From a virus: DNA of 64,000 bases. The notes under the pieces were generated by a model that was not told the DNA's origin, searched no databases, and worked only from the letters and a program-made list of their open reading frames with translations. A program made the translations under genes and the position numbers. Shown here one piece after another: positions 57,076 through 64,000 of the stretch. The stretch spans positions 46,138 through 110,137 of the IMG/VR virus record IMGVR_UViG_3300020183_000020; one strand, written 5' to 3'. Every line of letters begins with the position of its first letter. Position 1 is the stretch's first letter.

Positions 57076-57441
57076 GTGATAAGGCTCGGTGACTACATCC
57101 TTTATGGGAAACACTTAAAGCTACGCCAAGTCTTGTCTCTGAACACCTTACATGGATATGGGGTGAGTAATGGCGTATGTGTTCCCCTTAAAGATATCTA
57201 CGCAGTAGTCCCAACCCTTTATCAGCCACAGACCTTGACTAATGTCAACATACTCGTAAACGGATACCTTCCAATATATCGGCATATATTATTGTGCCTA
57301 CCACCCTCTACAACGGGTGACCTAGTAAAGGTTTATATACCCCATGCAGGGGTATTAGAGGGTGTTGTTTCCCATTGGGAGGGAAGCTCAGTTTTTATAT
57401 TTGAGCTAGTGTCACACGCCAAAATAGTTCTCGTAGCGTGA
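57076..57441 (+). CDS. Hypothetical protein
   Basis: 121 aa; N-terminus weakly resembles 57472 ('lGDy/f...G..L'). Confidence 0.5.
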   Translation: MIRLGDYILYGKHLKLRQVLSLNTLHGYGVSNGVCVPLKDIYAVVPTLYQPQTLTNVNILVNGYLPIYRHILLCLPPSTTGDLVKVYIPHAGVLEGVVSHWEGSSVFIFELVSHAKIVLVA

Positions 57442-57471
57442 ATCTAGTGCAGCACAGAAAGGATAAAAGAG

Positions 57472-57888
57472 ATGGGTAATATTGGAGACTTTATGGTTTG
57501 GGGGGGAAATCAACTGAGGTTTGCCCGCATCCTCGAAAAACACTCACAGGGCTTGTTTTACGGATACTTGAGTGATAATGGCAAAATAAAGTATATAGCC
57601 GATCCTTTCGCTATCCTTCCCACGCACTATGCGGAAATATCCCCAACATCTTCGGATCGTATCATCGTTTGTGGGGATAAAAGTTTCATATACTTGAATT
57701 GGGAAGAAGCGAGTGTGAGTTTTTTCGGTAGCGGGGTATTCGAGATTTACTTTGAGGGCAAATTATATTTGGGGGTTGGCACAGCTTGCCCTCATGCCTT
57801 TCGAGGCGTAGAGGGGAGGAGGAGTTACTTCTTCTTTACTGAGATCAAAACTAATACTCTTTACGCTTTGCCCTCAAGCAAGACCTGA
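57472..57888 (+). CDS. Hypothetical protein
   Basis: 138 aa, AAGGA RBS. Confidence 0.6.
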   Translation: MGNIGDFMVWGGNQLRFARILEKHSQGLFYGYLSDNGKIKYIADPFAILPTHYAEISPTSSDRIIVCGDKSFIYLNWEEASVSFFGSGVFEIYFEGKLYLGVGTACPHAFRGVEGRRSYFFFTEIKTNTLYALPSSKT

Positions 57889-57924
57889 TAATCCGTAAAT
57901 GATCCTCGCTTAGGTCTTATAAGG

Positions 57925-57953
57925 GTATCCCAACCCGAACTATCCTATATTAG
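57925..57953 (+). promoter_or_regulatory. Putative early/middle promoter GTATCCCA-N15-TATTAG
   Basis: Upstream of the ligase. Confidence 0.65.
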
Positions 57954-57994
57954 TGGGGTGTGAGAGATAGACCCCCTTAACTAAGGAAATTGAG

Positions 57995-58894
57995 ATGAAG
58001 TATCACAAGCCTCAGCTTGCCAAGACTGCTGACGAGAAGTTCTTATCCGCCTGTAAGGGTAGCCACCTTGTGGTGGCAGAGATGAAACTCGATGGACATC
58101 GCATCATGATTGCCCATGATCAGGCATGGTCTCGTATAGGTAAGGAGATCAAGTCGGTGGGGCATATTCAAGCTCACTTGCCCGCTGGCTTAATGCTTGA
58201 CGGGGAGTTGATCCCTCGGGCAGGGGTGGAGGGTTCCGATGTCGTTTCTCATCTCAGAGCGAATGACCCTGAGGCACTTGAGTTTGTTATCTTTGATGTC
58301 CTCTATGTAGAGGGACAAAGCGTGATGAACCTGCCTTGGTTGGAGAGGCGTAAGATCATTGAGAACCTACCCTCTTTCACCAACACTCGACTTTCTGTTT
58401 TGTATCCTCTGTCTCAGTACACGATTGAGGATTTGATGGCGTTAGCGGCAGATCGAGGGCATGAGGGCATCATGCTCAAAAAGGTTACGGAACCCTACAA
58501 GGAGAATAGCCGCTCGGCTTGGGTGAAGCACAAGTTTACGGATACTCATGATGTGGTCATTGTGGACGCTAATGCCAAGCCCTCAGAATGGCGTGTCCGT
58601 CCAGGAGAGATGGGTACAGATGGTATCTTGTACCCTCAAGGTCGTCACTCAGACCCTTGGCTTGCAGGTCATGTCGGACTGAGTTATGGATATTATGACC
58701 AACAGGGGGTTCTTCGTGTGGTTGGTTCCCTTGGGGAAACGGGAACGCCTGAAGATATGTCCGCCCATGTTGGAAAAGTTGCAGAGGTTAAGGGTTATGG
58801 ATTGTATCCCACAGGGGCTATTCGACACCCTGTGTTCCTCCGCTGGCGTGACGACAAGCTACCTACCGATTGTGTGTTTAACTTCGCCAACTAA
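57995..58894 (+). CDS. ATP-dependent DNA ligase (minimal)
   Basis: Motif I 'EMKLDGHR', III 'LDGEL', IIIa 'FDVL', IV 'EGIMLK', V 'WVKHK', VI 'RHPVFLRWRDDK'. Confidence 0.93.
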   Translation: MKYHKPQLAKTADEKFLSACKGSHLVVAEMKLDGHRIMIAHDQAWSRIGKEIKSVGHIQAHLPAGLMLDGELIPRAGVEGSDVVSHLRANDPEALEFVIFDVLYVEGQSVMNLPWLERRKIIENLPSFTNTRLSVLYPLSQYTIEDLMALAADRGHEGIMLKKVTEPYKENSRSAWVKHKFTDTHDVVIVDANAKPSEWRVRPGEMGTDGILYPQGRHSDPWLAGHVGLSYGYYDQQGVLRVVGSLGETGTPEDMSAHVGKVAEVKGYGLYPTGAIRHPVFLRWRDDKLPTDCVFNFAN

Positions 58895-58897
58895 CTC

Positions 58898-59279
58898 TTA
58901 GTCGCCGTAAACATCCAACTCACTTAAATTGCCCATGCGAGGTCTGCCCATATAGTTAGGGTTCGCATAATGTAAGGGGTCTCCTGTAATATCCTGAACC
59001 ACCGCAGTCATCTCCTCCGCTGTCCTAGCCCTTGTATTAAAGGCTTCTTGGAAATTAGCAATGAATTCCTTCTCAGAACAGCGGAATACCATATCTCCGT
59101 CTCTGTCGAAGTCGTACTGCAAGAAGGTGGCACCATCGAAGTAGTCGTGATATAATCCTACTATATCACCGTAGTACTTACCCGCCGCTGTCCTCGAAGT
59201 GGAACCCGCACGCCTTTCAAGGCGTGCGGGTTCTCATCTCAAGGCTTCTTAAAACTTCACTAGCGGTTCTTCTTATCAT
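58898..59279 (-). pseudogene. RRTASE-leader family protein 3, +1 frameshift at a perfect inverted repeat
   Basis: The ATG at 59279 gives MIRRTASEVLRSLEMRTRTP*. Removing 1 nt gives ...MRxARLERRAGSTSRTAAGKYY..., continuous with the 58898..59122 ORF (382 nt = 3n+1). Confidence 0.75.
59202..59233. repeat. Perfect 15-bp inverted repeat GAACCCGCACGCCTT-TC-AAGGCGTGCGGGTTC
   Basis: Read directly. Confidence 0.92.
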
Positions 59280-59351
59280 TATCAAATCTCCAAGGGGGTA
59301 ATGGATAGGGGTTAATAGATAACTTGTAGGGGTCTCTAGATGACGGATATG

Positions 59352-59798
59352 TTAATCCACTCTGCGACCTTTGATGTCTTTCACAGCAGAGGCAATACCG
59401 ATAGAAACTTCTGTTCTGAAATCAGTAGGCACCCCGCCCGATGGGGTGATAACGCAGTCAATCTCTAGCTTCAAGAGACCACCTGAACGAAATTCACCAC
59501 TTCCCGAAAACGAATTCCAAGTACCCACCTGAATACTCTTGAACTCAATATCCGCATCGTGATCAAGGTCTACTCTACTCTCCTTCTCAAACTGAGATTG
59601 AACTGCCCGCACTACTGCATTATTTACCCCATCCCCAAAGAATTTAAAAGCGTCGAATTTCATTAGGGATTTCTGTACGACAGGTTCTATACCCTCACCC
59701 ATCTGAACATAGAACATACCATTACTTGCGGTACGACCTTCGAGGCGAGCAACGCGAGCCTGTAGATGACGGATAACATCAGCAGCACTTCTTCTCAT
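59352..59798 (-). CDS. RRTASE-leader family protein 4
   Basis: MRRSAADVIRHLQARVARLEGRTAS. Confidence 0.75.
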   Translation of the reverse strand: MRRSAADVIRHLQARVARLEGRTASNGMFYVQMGEGIEPVVQKSLMKFDAFKFFGDGVNNAVVRAVQSQFEKESRVDLDHDADIEFKSIQVGTWNSFSGSGEFRSGGLLKLEIDCVITPSGGVPTDFRTEVSIGIASAVKDIKGRRVD

Positions 59799-59806
59799 GA
59801 TTGAAA

Positions 59807-59868
59807 CTCCAAGGGATTAATGGATAGGGATTTATCCACTCACGCTTGGAGAGAATATAGATAAACTA
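59807..59868 (-). promoter_or_regulatory. Late promoter motif plus nested RBS-occluding hairpin
   Basis: TAGTTTATCTAT (59857-59868); CTCCAAG/CTTGGAG outer stem and TGGATA/TATCCA inner stem. Confidence 0.6.
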
Positions 59869-59901
59869 TAAAAGCCTTAAATCTCTAAAGGAGTGTGACA
59901 T

Positions 59902-61083
59902 ATGTTCTTTGAGTACGACAAGAAGCCGCTGATGAGCTTAGACGAATGTGAAATAAAGGTGGGAGACAGGGTTCAAATTCCACCTAGCTTGTGGGTCGAG
60001 ATTAGGGAATCGTTTACGCAGGAGGCTATTACTGCACATTTGGGAAATGTGATCAAAAGATTGCCCTTTCCAATTAGGGAGTACACGCAACAAGAAATAC
60101 AAGATGACTTGAACGCATTGAGAGCGGAATCCTTGAAATATGAAGTATCTCCTTGGAGCACCCCACGGATAAACACACCAATGAACTTGGTTTATGGTTC
60201 TAAGCCTATCTGCCTGATAGGAAACAATAGTGGGCTAAAAGTATCCAATATCCAAACTCAGGCTATCCGTATGGAGTGTGGGTTAAAGAAGCAGGGTGCT
60301 CCGATGGAAGAATGGAGGAACGCCCATGCGAAAAAGAGCAACTTCTTTAGATGTCTGTTTGGGATACTTTCAGAGGAAGTGTCAACTAAGGGGATAGAGA
60401 ACTCGATTTTGTATCGAGCGTTAAAGATGCACACCTATATGGCGAGTCAGTTTAAGCCTAGCGTAGCGAAATCTATTTATGACCTGTTTGGTGCGAAGAG
60501 GGTCTTAGATTTCTCAGCAGGTTGGGGGGATAGATTGGTTGGGTTCTTGGCTAGTGGGGCGGAGAGTTATGTAGGGATTGATCCGAATACCAAACTGCAT
60601 GAGCCATATAGACGGATATCGGATAGTGTAGGTGGAACTAAGGCAACGGAGTTTATTTGTTCTCCAGCTGAAGAAGTGAACTATGGGGGCATTTCGTATG
60701 ATTTTGTGTTTACAAGCCCGCCATATTTCGACACCGAGAGATACTCGGAAGAACCTACACAAAGTTGGATAAGACACTCCACATTGGATAAATGGTTGAA
60801 TGGGTTTTTATTTGAGGTATTGGGCAGGGTCTATGGTGGTCTTGAGGATGGAGGCAGGTTAGCTGTGAATATATCGGATAAGAAAGGCGAGGGAAATATC
60901 TGCCAACCGATGTTGGAGTTTATGGATAAACTAGGTGCGACTTATGAGGGCGTGATTGGATATAAAATGCACAAGAGGAACGGGATAGGTCTTGAGGGGA
61001 ATTTCTGCGAGCCTGTTTTTGTTTGGAGCAAGGGGGGAGCCCCTGAGCCGAAATGGATAACCGATAACTTCTTTGGTGTATAG
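59902..61083 (+). CDS. Amino (N4-C or N6-A) DNA methyltransferase
   Basis: 'SQFKPSVAKSIY','VLDFSAGWGDRL','YVGIDPN','VFTSPPYFDTERY'. Confidence 0.85.
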   Translation: MFFEYDKKPLMSLDECEIKVGDRVQIPPSLWVEIRESFTQEAITAHLGNVIKRLPFPIREYTQQEIQDDLNALRAESLKYEVSPWSTPRINTPMNLVYGSKPICLIGNNSGLKVSNIQTQAIRMECGLKKQGAPMEEWRNAHAKKSNFFRCLFGILSEEVSTKGIENSILYRALKMHTYMASQFKPSVAKSIYDLFGAKRVLDFSAGWGDRLVGFLASGAESYVGIDPNTKLHEPYRRISDSVGGTKATEFICSPAEEVNYGGISYDFVFTSPPYFDTERYSEEPTQSWIRHSTLDKWLNGFLFEVLGRVYGGLEDGGRLAVNISDKKGEGNICQPMLEFMDKLGATYEGVIGYKMHKRNGIGLEGNFCEPVFVWSKGGAPEPKWITDNFFGV

Positions 61084-61127
61084 TCTAGGTGGGCAAACTG
61101 AAACCTCTTTGATGTGGGGTCAAGAAG

Positions 61128-61156
61128 GTATCCCAAGGGGGTGTTCTCCGTATATG
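61128..61156 (+). promoter_or_regulatory. Putative early/middle promoter GTATCCCA-N15-TATATG
   Basis: Spacer resembles the 2800 and 56757 copies. Confidence 0.55.
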
Positions 61157-61191
61157 TGTGGTGTGGCTACCACACATATGGAGAAGCAAAG

Positions 61192-61395
61192 ATGATCATA
61201 AAGGGACTTGAAGAAAAGTTTTATGGACTCAATGAGGTTGAGTATTCGCTGAGTAAGCTCGGCTTGACGGAGGCAGGGATTATAGACCTGTGGAATGGGG
61301 ACTATATTGCCAATCCGTTTGGGGAGGATTGGTCTTCTCTCAGCAGTTACAAGAAGTGTGCGTTTATGGATAAACTTCTTGACATGGGGGAGTGA
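61192..61395 (+). CDS. Small hypothetical protein
   Basis: Start MIIKG at 61192 with GGAG RBS. Confidence 0.6.
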   Translation: MIIKGLEEKFYGLNEVEYSLSKLGLTEAGIIDLWNGDYIANPFGEDWSSLSSYKKCAFMDKLLDMGE

Positions 61396-61561
61396 GATAT
61401 AGTAGGGGTGTGGCACATAAGTGAGGAAATACCTATGTGTCTACTATATACGCTAATAATTGCCTTTTCTTATGGGATATTCGTAAGGGAGGCGATTAAG
61501 CATTATCGTTCTAATGGGTAGATTGTTTATGATGCGTCACCGATGAAAGAAGGTGACGCGA

Positions 61562-61942
61562 ATGAGACGGACATCTGCTAAATTAAGTTTAGTCTTAGAG
61601 GGATTAGACACGGGTGTGGTGTCTAATTCAGAGGGTTTAGTCGCTTCGGTGGTGGGTTCTTTTGAAGAACAGCTAAAGAAGTCTCCCATAACCTTTAAGG
61701 TGGGGGATTACGAGGTGGTGGTGGAAGCGTTTGATGGGGAGGGCAGGGAATTGGATATCCATCTAAGGTGTAGTTGTAATTATTGGCAGTATCAGGGACC
61801 TGAGTATCACGCACAAAAAAATGGATACTTGTTTGGTAAACCTAGGGGAACGGCGAGCAAGCCTGATTCAAAAGACCCTAAGGGGAGCCACAAGGTGTGT
61901 AAACACGCCTATGCGGTTTTATCTACCTATTTTGGAGTGTGA
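61562..61942 (+). CDS. SWIM zinc-finger protein with MRRTSA N-terminus
   Basis: 'CSC..W...G......CKH..AVL'; TAGATTGTTTAT motif at 61519-61530 and GCGTCACC/GGTGACGC hairpin over the RBS. Confidence 0.7.
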   Translation: MRRTSAKLSLVLEGLDTGVVSNSEGLVASVVGSFEEQLKKSPITFKVGDYEVVVEAFDGEGRELDIHLRCSCNYWQYQGPEYHAQKNGYLFGKPRGTASKPDSKDPKGSHKVCKHAYAVLSTYFGV

Positions 61943-61944
61943 CG

Positions 61945-62325
61945 ATGCCGACCTATGATTTTCTCTGTAGTTCCTGTGAAAACCGCTTTACCAAATCGCT
62001 GAGGATGTCAGAGCGAGATCAGGAGACAAGATGTCCTGATTGTGAAGCTGTGGGTAAGAGAGTTCCTTCGCTACCTCAGTTTATCCTTGTTGGGGATGGT
62101 TGGACGGGTAAAAACTTGAAGATAAAGCAACAGATGGCGGAAAAGAACTCGAAGCTAGAGATGAGGCAAAACGAGATGAAGCGTGATGCACCATCAGTCA
62201 CACTAGCTCCAAATGTGGATGGGGAGAGGGTGGATAGTTGGGCTGATGCTCAAAAGCTGGCGGCATCAAAGGGAAAAAACGCAGACAGCTACAACACACT
62301 AGTGCAGAAAGAGAAGGTTAAGTAA
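61945..62325 (+). CDS. FmdB-family zinc-ribbon protein
   Basis: 'MPTYDFLCSSCENRF...CPDC...F.L.G.GW'. Confidence 0.85.
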   Translation: MPTYDFLCSSCENRFTKSLRMSERDQETRCPDCEAVGKRVPSLPQFILVGDGWTGKNLKIKQQMAEKNSKLEMRQNEMKRDAPSVTLAPNVDGERVDSWADAQKLAASKGKNADSYNTLVQKEKVK

Positions 62326-63035
62326 TGTCTAGAGGGCGTTTACTTCCAAGTTTGAACTATCGCTCTAAGGGGCTGATAGATGTCTCTATCCCCAATCAAT
62401 CCCTAAGGGGGATGGATGAGGTAAGGGTTTATGGAGCGTCCAATTTGATGGATGCTTTTAACAATCCAATAGAGATACTGCGAACTCGATATGATGTGAA
62501 CTTCAAAAGTTCATCCATTTTGAGCCAGCGGCTGAGTGTCGAGGAAAGTAGTCGAGATTTGACCCGCATGGTGTTCAATCTGAACGATTTTTCTACTGCC
62601 CCTCCGAACCCTAGAATCCCTACGGATGAAGAGGTGTGTTTTATCCGTTTGAGAGGAAAGATGAGGGCGACTCAAGAGCTAACGGATTTCGGCCCCGTTG
62701 TTGTGGTTGTGCCTTATGATTTCTTTAGTGTGACAGCACCGATCTTCACCGTTGTAGGTACTGCACCCGACATCAATACAGGTGCAGTACCTGACAATTT
62801 GGGTGTTGGAGCGATCAATATCCATTTGCCGTATTTTAGCCAAACCATCAGCGTTCAAAACTTGGATGACACGGATAACCTGTATGTTTCTTGTGCGGCG
62901 GGAATGAGTCCAACGATCATACGCCCATTGGATACTTTGAGTCTAACAGGTGGTGCAGTACCTGAGTTCTTTCTAGCGGGAGATGGTGCAACCCCCCAAT
63001 TTACGATACGGACGAGCCTTGTAAATAGGGGTTAA
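62325..63035 (+). CDS. Hypothetical, probable virion protein
   Basis: 236 aa, TAATG-coupled to the upstream gene; beta-rich C-terminus. Confidence 0.65.
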   Translation: MSRGRLLPSLNYRSKGLIDVSIPNQSLRGMDEVRVYGASNLMDAFNNPIEILRTRYDVNFKSSSILSQRLSVEESSRDLTRMVFNLNDFSTAPPNPRIPTDEEVCFIRLRGKMRATQELTDFGPVVVVVPYDFFSVTAPIFTVVGTAPDINTGAVPDNLGVGAINIHLPYFSQTISVQNLDDTDNLYVSCAAGMSPTIIRPLDTLSLTGGAVPEFFLAGDGATPQFTIRTSLVNRG

Positions 63036-63095
63036 TAATAGTTTCTTTATATTGAGGTGCAGTATTGTAGATACCCCCCCAATAGGAGAGAAACG

Positions 63096-63803
63096 ATGCC
63101 GTATATCATCGCGAGGCGTAGTGAAATTCAAAATGGTTCGATTCAGGTAACGGATTTATTTCCCGATCAGAGTCAAGCCAACCTTGTGAACGACCCTGCC
63201 CCTCAGGGTCCTTTTTATGTCAGAGTTCCCAATATGGGTAACTCGGGCTTTTTCCGTCCCGTTCTTGCCGAGATTGCAGACGAGTCGATTGTCTTTGCTC
63301 GTGAGGCAAGAGGACTAGTTTCCTACATCATTAAAAATGTAGATGCCGTGAATGGTGCAGGAACTCGTACCGTGACTGTCACACAGGCGGAGACGATTGC
63401 CAACGCCATCTTAGCTAGAGCCCAAGGTGGCTTGGCTTTGGCAGAGGCGAACATCAACGCTCTTTTAGTCGCCACCTTGGGTGAAGGTGCGGCTATAGAC
63501 GCGGGGGACAGCACAGCATCAGTCGATGCCATTCTTCAAATCCTAGCTGGAGAACAATATGTGATCGAAGCAGGATATGTGGTTCAGGACGCGGAAGGCG
63601 ACCATGTGGTGGTTATCGCGGATACTAGCCTTGGTGCCACGATGAGAAGACTTGTTGAGAGAGATACTTCTTGGCAGGTGTCTTTCAATGAAGGAACTCT
63701 TGCAGGGCTTGTCGCCGCTAGACCTAATGGCTTCGCAGGTAATACCGCTACCACCCCCCTCGTTGCCGTCTACAATACAGACGGCACCGTCTATAACGGA
63801 TAA
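63096..63803 (+). CDS. Ala-rich virion structural protein
   Basis: Start MPYII at 63096 (AGGAG RBS); TAGTTTCTTTAT motif at 63039-63050. Confidence 0.65.
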   Translation: MPYIIARRSEIQNGSIQVTDLFPDQSQANLVNDPAPQGPFYVRVPNMGNSGFFRPVLAEIADESIVFAREARGLVSYIIKNVDAVNGAGTRTVTVTQAETIANAILARAQGGLALAEANINALLVATLGEGAAIDAGDSTASVDAILQILAGEQYVIEAGYVVQDAEGDHVVVIADTSLGATMRRLVERDTSWQVSFNEGTLAGLVAARPNGFAGNTATTPLVAVYNTDGTVYNG

Positions 63804-63813
63804 GGAGTCCATC

Positions 63814-64000
63814 ATGCCTTTCGTATGCACACCTAGAGTTACCAACTCTACCGATGGTGGTGTCGCCCTACAGATTACTGATCTCTTCCCTCACAAGACA
63901 CAATCCAATGCTGTCATCACACCCCGTTTTCAGGGACCTCGTTATCTCTATGCCCACGGCAGAGCGTTAACTCAGACTGTATCTCTAAACGCTGCTTTTG
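63814..64000 (+). CDS. Paralogue of 63096..63803, truncated by the window end
   Basis: MPFVCTPR...LQITDLFPHKTQSNAVITPRFQGPRY versus IQVTDLFPDQSQANLVNDPAPQGPFY; AAGGAG RBS. Confidence 0.75.
   Translation, partial: MPFVCTPRVTNSTDGGVALQITDLFPHKTQSNAVITPRFQGPRYLYAHGRALTQTVSLNAAF

Noticed and set aside
59202-59233. Inverted repeat as an intrinsic terminator
   Set aside because: No U-tract on either strand, and it lies inside the leader-coding sequence.

Overview
This window is a 64-kb segment of a large (probably jumbo-class) lytic tailed phage genome in the standard genetic code, about 43% GC by eye. The centre (19.9-47.9 kb) is a contractile-tail baseplate/fibre module: gp25-like, baseplate-J-like, a 2453-aa repeat+LamG protein and several giant paralogous tail proteins. 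The flanks are accessory and replication genes: 3 DNA methyltransferases, an Mrr-like nuclease, thermonuclease, NUDIX, SpoU, SAM decarboxylase, thymidine kinase, TOPRIM primase, ATP-dependent ligase, 2 sigma-like factors, 2 SLT-like lysins and 3 tRNAs. The most striking unannotated structure is a candidate 'virion cargo' system. At least four scattered, otherwise unrelated genes share an N-terminal leader, M(I)RR(T/S)A(S/A)(E/D)(V/I)(L/I)xxLxxR(V/I)xRLE, and two copies are identical over 48 nt. These genes, plus a zeta-toxin kinase and two zincin proteases, sit behind the same TA-N5-TYTAT promoter motif as the structural genes and carry K/R-x-A motifs at apparent domain junctions. Many genes behind that motif have an RBS-occluding hairpin. 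A second promoter class, GTATCCCA-N15-TATTAG, precedes mostly small, putatively early genes, several of them GC3-rich. Other oddities: a C5 methyltransferase out of frame at an A10 tract, a palindrome-associated frameshift, a Y-shaped RNA between tRNAs, and apparent GGATA over-representation. All functional calls come from motif recognition by eye; no database searches were run.
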